DNA from: Trichormus sp. ATA11-4-KO1
GTDB lineage: Bacteria; Cyanobacteriota; Cyanobacteriia; Cyanobacteriales; Nostocaceae
Direction of reading: 5' to 3'
NCBI GenBank assembly: GCA_019358915.1
Contig: JAHHIM010000055.1
Coordinates: 32,001-96,000 of the forward strand
Length of the DNA stretch: 64,000 nucleotides
Shown here piece by piece: positions 10,944 through 19,778 of this stretch. The stretch's first letter is position 1. Every line of letters begins with the position of its first letter. Both the position numbers and the translations under genes were made by a program. The notes beneath the pieces were generated by a model, which saw nothing but the letters and a program-made list of their open reading frames with translations, did not search any database and was not told the origin of the DNA.

Positions 10944-11489
10944 TTAACTTTTGTGAATCTTGGTTTGTTTGGGAGTAATGGAAGCTCCCAAGATTTCCGA
11001 GAACCAAACTTCAAAATTGCGGATCGGATGAGAGCGGAGGACAGCATCGGGATGGACAATAGGTTCTACTAAAATAGTGAACATTCCCAGGCGATTACCC
11101 GCGATGACATCCGTAAACAAGCGATCGCCTACCATCCCCACGCGCTGAACGGGTAGATTCATCGCTGTGAGTGCGGCTCTGATTTTGCGTCGTGAGGGTT
11201 TGGCTGCACCCAGGTAGTAGGGCAAATTAAGAGAGCGGGCGATACCACCAATCCTAGCTTCACTGAGGTTATTACTTACCAAACACAACTCTGCATAGGT
11301 ACGGATTTGCTCTACCCACTGTTGTAGTTCCGGTGAAGCTACCCCCACTGTAATCGGAACTAAGGTTTCATCTACATCTAGCACCAGCCCCTTTAGCTCA
11401 TATTGTTGGATAATTTCGGGTGTCAGATTTAACACTGAACCTGCTAAAATTAGGTCTGGCTGTAAGAGCTTGTTCCAAGTCATAGTCAC
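10944..11489 (-). CDS. YqeG-family HAD IIIA phosphatase
   Basis: LDVDETL, VSNN, AKPS, VGDRLFTD. Confidence 0.9.
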   Translation of the reverse strand: MTMTWNKLLQPDLILAGSVLNLTPEIIQQYELKGLVLDVDETLVPITVGVASPELQQWVEQIRTYAELCLVSNNLSEARIGGIARSLNLPYYLGAAKPSRRKIRAALTAMNLPVQRVGMVGDRLFTDVIAGNRLGMFTILVEPIVHPDAVLRSHPIRNFEVWFSEILGASITPKQTKIHKS

Positions 11490-11629
11490 AATATCAAAAG
11501 TGAAAAATCAAAATATATAGATGCTTTCAATCAACCATCTTCCTCCAATAGTCACTAGTCAAAGAGTGAATAGTCAAGAGTCAGTTGAGCGTTTCCCTGA
11601 AGAAACCTTGCTAAACTTTTTTCTCACCT

Positions 11630-12133
11630 CTATTTCCGCATCTGACTAACCAAGTGCGCGATTTCTGGCAAAATCAGCTTTTCCATCCCCAAGCGCACAG
11701 CATTACTAGAACCAGGAAGCGAGAAGATTAGCTTATTTTGATAAACACCAGCCACAGCGCGAGAGGCGATCGCTCGTGAACCAATTTCTGCATAACTTAA
11801 AAATCGAAACAACTCCCCAAATCCGGGTAAGGTTTTCTCTAATAATTTCTCAATGGCATCATAGGTAGTATCTCTTGGTGCAATACCCGTGCCACCATTA
11901 AATATGACAACATCTAAATTTGCAGTTTCACCTAGCAGTTCTATCTGTGCTTGAATCTGCATTGGCTCGTCTTTGATAATTACATAAGCTCCTACAACAT
12001 GGTTAGTGCTAACGAGCAATTGCTGAATTAGCTGACCACTTTTATCTGTTTCTGGGGAGCGAGTATCACTAACCGTAACCACAGCACAAGTTACGGTGAT
12101 TCCTGGTGAGTCTGGGTGAGGTTGTAGTGACAT
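11630..12133 (-). CDS. MogA/MoaB molybdenum cofactor biosynthesis protein
   Basis: [29 protein letters not shown]. Confidence 0.9.
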   Translation of the reverse strand: MSLQPHPDSPGITVTCAVVTVSDTRSPETDKSGQLIQQLLVSTNHVVGAYVIIKDEPMQIQAQIELLGETANLDVVIFNGGTGIAPRDTTYDAIEKLLEKTLPGFGELFRFLSYAEIGSRAIASRAVAGVYQNKLIFSLPGSSNAVRLGMEKLILPEIAHLVSQMRK

Positions 12134-12226
12134 AGAGGTATGAGGGGGATGACAGAGATGATGGGGATCAGGGGGGATGGAAAAAACCAAATTTTCATTC
12201 CCCATTCCCTACTCCCCTCTCCATAG

Positions 12227-12565
12227 TTATTCAGCTTTGTTAAATCCCAAACCATTTTGTTCGGCGTACCGCTCCATGAAGCGCATAAAGCGATCCCATT
12301 CTTCGGCGGATTTCATTAAATAAACTGCTTCTAAGGCTTCCGGTTTACCGTTGACGAATTTACCCTTGACTTCGCGGGTAACTATTTCTCCTTCTTCATC
12401 AATCAGGTACATCCCGGTGACTTCTTCAGTACTGCCTTGATCTAAAATTTGCGGATTGGTAAAAATAAACGTTGCTGTACCACTGTCACCACTGCGCGAT
12501 CGCGTCAACCGCACCTCTGGAATTACTTCTTCGTCAATACCTCTAGAAAACTGGATTTTTGCCAT
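12227..12565 (-). CDS. psb28: Photosystem II assembly protein Psb28
   Basis: [24 protein letters not shown]...[17 protein letters not shown]. Confidence 0.97.
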   Translation of the reverse strand: MAKIQFSRGIDEEVIPEVRLTRSRSGDSGTATFIFTNPQILDQGSTEEVTGMYLIDEEGEIVTREVKGKFVNGKPEALEAVYLMKSAEEWDRFMRFMERYAEQNGLGFNKAE

Positions 12566-12699
12566 GATGGGTGTATTTAAAGTTTTGTAATGGTTAATTT
12601 TTTATTCTCTCATTATTTGGGAAATGCTGAAAACCCGAATATTTTTAGCTGAGATTGGTAGACAGCCTGCTTTAGTAGCATAAGTGAGTCAATAATGCA

Positions 12700-12946
12700 A
12701 TGGATAAACTAGAAAAATACCGCAATTCTATCAAGAATATATTGACTGAATATTCAAGGATTTGCAGCAAGCGATACCTACGATCAGCTACGCTAACACT
12801 TGGCTTTTGATGAACAAAGAGATCAGTATCTTTGGTTTAGGTTTGGCTGGGAAGAAAAAAGGCAAATGCAGCATATTATTATGTATCTCTGCATTAAAAA
12901 CGGTAAAATTTGGGTTGAGGCAGATGCTACTGATTTATGCATTTAA
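12700..12946 (+). pseudogene. xisI-like pseudogene (frameshifted and truncated)
   Basis: MDKLEKYRNSIKNILTEY in one frame; LAFDEQRDQYLWFRFGW...IKNGKIWVEADAT in another, then a premature stop; compare intact XisI at 24555-24890. Confidence 0.8.
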
Positions 12947-13056
12947 AGTTTGTGTGAAAAATTTCTAGCCTAGATGTTAGTTCCTGTGATGTTGTGGGTA
13001 ACCTTTTTACTAGAGGTTTACATTAGCTAAGTATTTTCCACAGGAAGCAATAAAAC

Positions 13057-13452
13057 ATGACTGGTTCAGGGGAAGATTATTTCATTGCCCGTCAGAAGAA
13101 AAACGAGCGGCGAAAGAAGCGATTAGCAATAGTATCGATTATTTCATTTGCAGGTTCTACTGTGTTTGCAGCAGTGCCGATGATACAACGAGCTATGCAA
13201 AGTCCCCCACCAGAACCAGTATCTGTTGAGTCTTCATTACAACAACAAGTCCAGGGTTATGAGTTGGTTTTACAAAAAGAACCCGAAAATCAAGTTGCAC
13301 TGGAAAAACTATCTTTGTTGCGAGTGCAATTGAAAGACTTTAAGGGTGCGATCTCTCCTTTGGAAAAGTTGACCAGCTTACATCCTGATCGGCAAGATTA
13401 TAAGGTAATTTTGGACAGTATTAAAAAACGGCAGATAGAGAGTGATCGCTAG
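13057..13452 (+). CDS. Membrane-anchored TPR protein
   Basis: N-terminal basic patch plus TM helix; YELVLQKEPENQVAL...AISPLEKLTSLHPD TPR pattern. Confidence 0.8.
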   Translation: MTGSGEDYFIARQKKNERRKKRLAIVSIISFAGSTVFAAVPMIQRAMQSPPPEPVSVESSLQQQVQGYELVLQKEPENQVALEKLSLLRVQLKDFKGAISPLEKLTSLHPDRQDYKVILDSIKKRQIESDR

Positions 13453-13481
13453 ATTCATCGAACAAATAGAATAATGTAATT

Positions 13482-16400
13482 ATGAATAATAAAAATACTA
13501 ACTTTGAACTTAACTGCTTAATTCCTCCTGAAATTAAAAATGATGAATTTTATGTAGCAATACAAAAAATTGCGAGAGAAGAAAATATAAGAACGGTTTT
13601 AGAAATTGGATCATCATCAGGGGAAGGAAGTACAGAAGCTTTTGTTACTGGATTAAGGGAGAATCCTAATAATCCGCAATTATTTTGTATAGAAGTTTCA
13701 AAAAGTAGGTTTAATGAATTAAAAAAAAGATATGAAAATTATAATTTTGTCAATTGCTACAACGTTTCTTCTGTAAAAATAGAAAATTTCCCTGAAGAAC
13801 AAGAAGTTATTGATTTCTATAACAATATTCAAAATAATCTCAAGTTATATCCACTTGATATAGTTCTTAACTGGCTAAAGCAGGATATTGAATATGTAAG
13901 TCAATCTGGAGTATCTGAAAGTGGCATTGAAAAAATTAAGCTAGAGCATAATATCAATTATTTTGACTTGGTTTTAATAGATGGTTCTGAATTTACTGGA
14001 TATGCTGAACTAAATGAAGTATATGGAGCTAATTTTATTTGCTTAGATGATATTACAACATTCAAAAACTATCAAAATCATCAGAGACTTCTTGCAGATA
14101 AAAACTATATATTAATTTATCAAAATACTAATGTTCGTAACGGTTATTCTATTTTTAAGAAAATTGATCCTATAGAAAACCATATATCTAAATATGAAAC
14201 CTCTGAGCAACTACTTGTTAAAAAAATTGTTAAACAAGGAATGGTTGTTTTTGATGTTGGAGCCAATGTTGGTGATTATTCTATTTTGCTAAGTAAACTT
14301 GTAGGTGAACCTGGAACTGTTTACTCTTTTGAACCAGCATCAGATACTTTCAACAAACTACAAGAACGAATTTGTCAATTTAATTGCAGTAACATTTATT
14401 CAATACAAAAAGCAGTTTATTCAAAAAATAATCAAATCGAATTTAATGAATTTCCAGAAGATTTTTCCGTCTGGAATAGTATTGGTAAGCCAAAAATGCT
14501 AGATCCAAATGGAACAGGAGAATATGTACCTATTATAAAAACTGAAATTGTAGAAACAATTACCCTTGATTGTTTCTGTAAACAGCATAATATTCAAAAA
14601 ATTGATTATTTAAAAATTGATGTTGAAGGAGCAGAAAGCGATGTATTGCAAGGAGCTATAGAATCACTACAAAAAAAAGCTATTCGCTTTATCCAGTTTG
14701 AAATATCACAAAAAATGCTCGAAGGATTAAATCGTGAGGCTAAATCTACTTTCGAGATTCTAATTAAAAATGGTTATGAATGCCATCGCATTACTCACAG
14801 TGGGGATATTGGAGAAGAAGTAAAAAACTCTAATTCTTTTTATGAAAATTATATAGCTTTTCCTTTATTACCCATTCATTTTTTTACCATTGTTCTCAAT
14901 GGAGAACCATTTATAAAATACCATATTGAAGTATTTAAACAACTACCATTCAAATGGCATTGGCATATTGTTGAAGGTGTAGCAGATTTAAAACATGATA
15001 CTGGGTGGAGTGTTGGTTTAGGTGGACATATTAGTGATGAACTCCATAAAAATGGTCGTAGTCATGATGGTACTACAGAATATCTAGACGAAATAGCACA
15101 ACTCTATCCTGATAATGTCACAATTTACCGGAAACCGGAAGGTATTTTCTGGGACGGTAAGTGCGAAATGGTTAATGCACCATTAGCCAATATCAAAGAA
15201 GAATGTTTACTTTGGCAGGTAGATGTAGATGAATTATGGACATTAGAACAAGTTTGTACTGCTAGAGAAATCTTTATTAGTAATCCTCATAAAACTGCTG
15301 CCTTTTATTGGTGTTGGTATTTTGTTGGCGAAAAACTAATTATTAGTACTCGTAACTGTTATGCTCAAAATCCTAACCAAGAGTGGCTAAGAACTTGGAG
15401 ATTTAGACCAGGGGCATTTTGGGTAGCACATGAGCCTCCAGTATTAGTAGAAACTTTGCCAAATGGACAATATAAAAATGTTGCTACTGAAAATCCTTTT
15501 TTACATCAAGAAACTGAAAATTTTGGTTTAGTTTTTCAACATTTTGCTTATGCTACAAAAGAACAATTACAATTTAAAGAAAAATACTATGGTTATAGTA
15601 ATGCTGTAGCTCAGTGGGAAGTTTTACAAAAAATACATAGATTACCAGTTTTATTAGGAGAATATTTTTCATGGGTCAGAGATGAAACTCAGGTAGACAA
15701 TGCAAAGTCACGCGGAATAGTCCCAATTGCACAAAGAAAAATTCACAGCAATGATTGGCAATTTTTACAACCAGATGAAGTACAGCAACAAATTGCACAA
15801 ATTAGAAAAACAACACCAATAATTTTGGTTGATGGTGTATTTTTTCAACTCTACCAAACTGGTATTGCCCGTGTATGGAAATCTTTATTAGAAGAATGGG
15901 CAGATAACGGGTTTGCAAAACACCTTATAGTCCTTGATCGTGCTGGAACCGCTCCTAAAATTTCTGGTGTTAGATACCGTAACATAGCACCTTACGACTA
16001 TAAAAACACTACTGCTGATAGAGAAATGCTACAGCAAGTGTGTGATGAAGAAGGCGCAGATTTATTTATCTCTTCTTACTACACTACCCCTATGACAACT
16101 CCTTCTGTATTCATGGCGTATGACATGATACCAGAAGTTATGGGATGGGATATGAATAATCCCATGTGGAGAGAAAAGCATCAAGCTATCCAAGCAGCAT
16201 CTAGTTACATAGCAATATCAGAAAATACGGCGCATGACCTTACTAGATGTTTCCCAGATATACCAAGAGATGCTATTACCGTAGCTCATTGTGGTGTTAG
16301 TGCTACTTTTTCACCAGTCAATCCTGAAGATATTAATGATTTCAAAACTAGGTATGGTATTACCAAACCTTATTTCTTATTAGTTGGTGCTGGTGGTGGT

Positions 16401-17303
16401 TATAAAAATAGTATGTTATTCTTCCAGGCTTTTGCTCAACTTGCCAGCAGTTCTGGATTTGACATTATCTTGACCGGAATTGGTGGTGTATTATCACCTG
16501 AATTTAGAGCTTATACATCAGGTAGTATAGTTCATACACTGCAACTTAGCGATGAAGAGTTAGCAATAGCATATTCTGGTGCTGTAGCGTTGGTTTATCC
16601 TTCTAAATACGAAGGATTTGGGATGCCGATAATTGAAGCAATGGCTTGTGGTTGTCCTGTGATTACTTGTCCTAATGCCTCAATTCCCGAAGTTGCAGGA
16701 GAAGCAGCACTATATGTGAATGATGACGATGTAGATGAACTAGCAAATGCACTCTGTGAAGTGCAAAAACCTAGCATTCGTCAAGCATTGATTATTGCTG
16801 GTTTAGTGCAAGTACAAAATTTTTCCTGGTCAAAAATGGCGAAAACTGTCAGTTATGTCTTAGTGGAAGCTACACTTCTGACTTTAAATCTTAAGGAAAT
16901 TAATTTTATTATTTTCCCTGATTGGTCACAACCAGAAGAAACAATTGGTTTAGCATTAGAGCGAGTTTTTAAGGTAGTAGCAACTCATCCTGATAGTGAA
17001 AACATTACTTTACTGGTCAATACTAATAACATTGCTGTAGAAGATGCCGAACTATTTCTATCTAGTGTGGCAATGAGTATTATGATGCAAGAAGATTTAG
17101 ATATTACCGCAGGATTAACAATCTCTCTTGTGGCAGATTTAGCAGATATTCAATGGAAAGCTTTACGGACTCGCATCAACGGCAGAATTATCATAGAACA
17201 TGAAGACAAAGACGCAATAATTCAGGCGAAATCCGAGAATATAACAACTTATGAATTAGAAAGTTTAATTCCAGTTAGAGACAAACAGTTTTTTTTTACT
17301 TAA
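13482..17303 (+). CDS. Multidomain protein: SAM methyltransferase + FkbM methyltransferase + GT-A-like + GT4 glycosyltransferase
   Basis: LEIGSSSGEG; FDVGANVG...SFEP...KIDVEGAE (FkbM); QVDVDE; YPSKYEGFGMPIIEAMACG (GT4). Confidence 0.88.
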   Translation: MNNKNTNFELNCLIPPEIKNDEFYVAIQKIAREENIRTVLEIGSSSGEGSTEAFVTGLRENPNNPQLFCIEVSKSRFNELKKRYENYNFVNCYNVSSVKIENFPEEQEVIDFYNNIQNNLKLYPLDIVLNWLKQDIEYVSQSGVSESGIEKIKLEHNINYFDLVLIDGSEFTGYAELNEVYGANFICLDDITTFKNYQNHQRLLADKNYILIYQNTNVRNGYSIFKKIDPIENHISKYETSEQLLVKKIVKQGMVVFDVGANVGDYSILLSKLVGEPGTVYSFEPASDTFNKLQERICQFNCSNIYSIQKAVYSKNNQIEFNEFPEDFSVWNSIGKPKMLDPNGTGEYVPIIKTEIVETITLDCFCKQHNIQKIDYLKIDVEGAESDVLQGAIESLQKKAIRFIQFEISQKMLEGLNREAKSTFEILIKNGYECHRITHSGDIGEEVKNSNSFYENYIAFPLLPIHFFTIVLNGEPFIKYHIEVFKQLPFKWHWHIVEGVADLKHDTGWSVGLGGHISDELHKNGRSHDGTTEYLDEIAQLYPDNVTIYRKPEGIFWDGKCEMVNAPLANIKEECLLWQVDVDELWTLEQVCTAREIFISNPHKTAAFYWCWYFVGEKLIISTRNCYAQNPNQEWLRTWRFRPGAFWVAHEPPVLVETLPNGQYKNVATENPFLHQETENFGLVFQHFAYATKEQLQFKEKYYGYSNAVAQWEVLQKIHRLPVLLGEYFSWVRDETQVDNAKSRGIVPIAQRKIHSNDWQFLQPDEVQQQIAQIRKTTPIILVDGVFFQLYQTGIARVWKSLLEEWADNGFAKHLIVLDRAGTAPKISGVRYRNIAPYDYKNTTADREMLQQVCDEEGADLFISSYYTTPMTTPSVFMAYDMIPEVMGWDMNNPMWREKHQAIQAASSYIAISENTAHDLTRCFPDIPRDAITVAHCGVSATFSPVNPEDINDFKTRYGITKPYFLLVGAGGGYKNSMLFFQAFAQLASSSGFDIILTGIGGVLSPEFRAYTSGSIVHTLQLSDEELAIAYSGAVALVYPSKYEGFGMPIIEAMACGCPVITCPNASIPEVAGEAALYVNDDDVDELANALCEVQKPSIRQALIIAGLVQVQNFSWSKMAKTVSYVLVEATLLTLNLKEINFIIFPDWSQPEETIGLALERVFKVVATHPDSENITLLVNTNNIAVEDAELFLSSVAMSIMMQEDLDITAGLTISLVADLADIQWKALRTRINGRIIIEHEDKDAIIQAKSENITTYELESLIPVRDKQFFFT

Positions 17304-17338
17304 GCAATAAACTTTACTCTCAGGGCAAATGGCAAGAA

Positions 17339-18967
17339 GTGATCGCTCAATTTCAAGAACTACTAAAAATCCAATCATGTGATGCAGAAATTTATGGGCG
17401 ACTAAGTGAATGCTATAAACATTTAAACTTACTGGATGAATATTTTCAAACTCTCCAGCAAGGGATTCAAGTTCACCCTACAGATGGTAGTTTGCATTTC
17501 TCGTTAATTATTGACTTGCGGCGTAGTGGGCGTATTCAAGAAGCAATTACTTATGCTAAAAATGCCTGTCAATGCCTACCTGATGATTACACTTTCCAAA
17601 TTCTTAAGTATTTAACAGTTCCATCAATATACGACAATCCAGAAGAAATTAACTTCTATCGCCAACGCTATACTCAGGGACTGCGAGAATTAATTCAACA
17701 GACATCTCTAAAAACGCCTGAAGAGAAAACGAATGCTTTAGCCGGTATAGGTCGGCTAACTAACTTTTATTTATCATATCAGGCACAAAATGATATTGAA
17801 TTACAGCGTCAGTATGGCAATTTAGTCCATGAAATAATGGCAGCTAACTTTCCTCAATGGGTAGTTCCTTTATCTATGCCTCAGCTTCAGCCGAATCAAA
17901 AAATTCGGATTGGCTACACTTCACATTACCTACATTCCTATAGTGGAACATTGTGGCTGACTGGCTGGCTACGTTACTGTAATCATGAAAACTTTGAAAT
18001 CTATTGTTACTACACAGGAAATAATCCAGATTTGGTAACTCAACAATTTCAAGAATATAGTGATGTATTTCACCATATTCCGCATAATTTATCAGCAGTT
18101 TGTGAACAAATAATTTCAGATAAGCTACACATTTTGGTTTTCCCGGAAATTGGCATGAACCCGCAAACTATGCAAATGGCAGGTTTGCGACTTGCACCTG
18201 TGCAATGTACAGCTTGGGGACATCCGGTAACAACAGGCTTACCGACAATTGATTATTTTTTATCTAGTGAGTTAATGGAACCAGAAAATGCTCAATCACA
18301 TTACTCCGAGAAATTAATTCTTTTACCAAATATTGGTGTTTCCTACCCTAAACCTTATATTCCGCCAATAGTTAAAAGCCGTGCAGATTTCCAATTATCA
18401 GATGATGCAGTAATTTATTTATGTTGCCAAGCACCTTTTAAATATTTACCACAATACGATTTTGTTTTTGCAGAAATTGCTTGCCGTGTTTCACAAGCGA
18501 AATTTGTCTTTTTGCGTGGTAAGTTACTTCAGCAACGTCTGAAACGCGAGTTTGCTGCTGTTGATTTAAATAGTGAAGATTACTGCGTATTACTCACCGT
18601 ACCAGAACGCCTAGATTATTTAATGATTAACTTACTTGCAGATGTTTATCTAGATACATTCACTTGGTCTGGTGGTAATACTACCTTAGAAGCGATCGCC
18701 TGTCATCTTCCTGTTGTTACCTGTCCTGGAGAATTTATGCGGGGTCGTCACTCTGACAGCTTTCTGAAAATGCTAGGAGTGACAGATACCATTGCTGAAA
18801 ATACAGCAGAATACGTTGATATTGCTGTCAAATTAGGACTAGACCCCGTTTGGCGACGTAGCGTATCAGAAAGAATGAGTCAGCGTCAAGATTATTTATT
18901 TGATGATCAGGTTTGTGTCGCAGGTTTAGAAACCTTTTATCAAGATGTTTTAGAAAAAAGTTCGTAG
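17339..18967 (+). CDS. SPINDLY-like O-GlcNAc transferase (GT41) module; probably the frameshifted C-terminus of the upstream gene
   Basis: KIRIGY, RLAPVQCTAWGHPVTTG, YLDTFTWSGGNTTLEA; this frame stays open upstream to the T9 tract at 17289-17297. Confidence 0.88.
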   Translation: MIAQFQELLKIQSCDAEIYGRLSECYKHLNLLDEYFQTLQQGIQVHPTDGSLHFSLIIDLRRSGRIQEAITYAKNACQCLPDDYTFQILKYLTVPSIYDNPEEINFYRQRYTQGLRELIQQTSLKTPEEKTNALAGIGRLTNFYLSYQAQNDIELQRQYGNLVHEIMAANFPQWVVPLSMPQLQPNQKIRIGYTSHYLHSYSGTLWLTGWLRYCNHENFEIYCYYTGNNPDLVTQQFQEYSDVFHHIPHNLSAVCEQIISDKLHILVFPEIGMNPQTMQMAGLRLAPVQCTAWGHPVTTGLPTIDYFLSSELMEPENAQSHYSEKLILLPNIGVSYPKPYIPPIVKSRADFQLSDDAVIYLCCQAPFKYLPQYDFVFAEIACRVSQAKFVFLRGKLLQQRLKREFAAVDLNSEDYCVLLTVPERLDYLMINLLADVYLDTFTWSGGNTTLEAIACHLPVVTCPGEFMRGRHSDSFLKMLGVTDTIAENTAEYVDIAVKLGLDPVWRRSVSERMSQRQDYLFDDQVCVAGLETFYQDVLEKSS

Positions 18968-19015
18968 TAAGCACTTCAGTGCTTTCAAAAACCAGAGGAC
19001 TAAAGTCCTCACTAC
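18964..19015. repeat. REP doublet (REPIN-like) upstream of RAYT
   Basis: GTAGT-AAGCAC-TTCA-GTGCTT facing GAGGAC-TAAA-GTCCTC-ACTAC. Confidence 0.9.
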
Positions 19016-19021
19016 AAGCTT

Positions 19022-19666
19022 ATGTATAAATATCGGCAACTTACACCAAAACAAAAAGCTGAATTAGTTGAATATCGCTTGAGTCGTGGCTATCCACCCC
19101 ACTCGCCACCACATCTGATACGTGATCAACAGTTTTATTTGTTAACAGTAGCTTGCTATGAACATAAGCATCATATACAGTCTGAATCTCGTCGTCAGCA
19201 GCTATTAAATATGATATTTGATAAGTTTGGCACCATTGAAAATAATGATGGAAGCGCTGAAGCGCTTACTACGGCGCTTACTACGAACTTAACAATCTGT
19301 GCTTGGGTTATTTTACCCAATCATTATCATTTATTAGTCCAAGTTGCCAATTTTGATATCTTAGGTGGCTTGTTTCGTAGAATACATGGTGTGCTTTCTC
19401 GACAATGGAATCTTGAAGACAATATTACTGGGCGCAAAATCTGGTATTCTTGGAGCGATCGCGCTATTCGCTCTCAAAGACATTACTATACGACTCTTAA
19501 CTATATTCATTACAATCCAGTCAAACATGGTTTTGTGAAATCACCTTATGACTGGGTAGAAAGTAGCGTTCACTGGTATTTACAAGCTCAAGGTAGGCAA
19601 TGGCTACGTGATTGTTGGGTTCAATATCCAGTACAAACTTATGGCAGCGATTGGGATAACTTTTAA
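19022..19666 (+). CDS. REP-associated tyrosine transposase (RAYT, HUH/Y1 superfamily)
   Basis: WVILPNHYHLL (HUH), DRAIR, LNYIHYNPVKHG; flanked by GTAG-type REPs. Confidence 0.9.
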   Translation: MYKYRQLTPKQKAELVEYRLSRGYPPHSPPHLIRDQQFYLLTVACYEHKHHIQSESRRQQLLNMIFDKFGTIENNDGSAEALTTALTTNLTICAWVILPNHYHLLVQVANFDILGGLFRRIHGVLSRQWNLEDNITGRKIWYSWSDRAIRSQRHYYTTLNYIHYNPVKHGFVKSPYDWVESSVHWYLQAQGRQWLRDCWVQYPVQTYGSDWDNF

Positions 19667-19672
19667 CTTTTT

Positions 19673-19774
19673 CTTCAGTGCTTTCTAAAAGATGAGGACT
19701 AAAGTCCTCACTACGAGCAGTTCGTAGTAAGCACTTCAGTGCTTTCAAAACCAGAGGACTAAAGTCCTCACTAC
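19673..19774. repeat. REP cluster downstream of RAYT (one partial and one complete doublet)
   Basis: CTTCAGTGCTTT..GAGGACTAAAGTCCTCACTAC..GTAGTAAGCACTTCAGTGCTTT..GAGGACTAAAGTCCTCACTAC. Confidence 0.9.
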
Positions 19775-19778
19775 GAGC

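Noticed and set aside
12762..12968. 68-aa ORF from the track
   Set aside because: It is an off-frame reading of the xisI pseudogene
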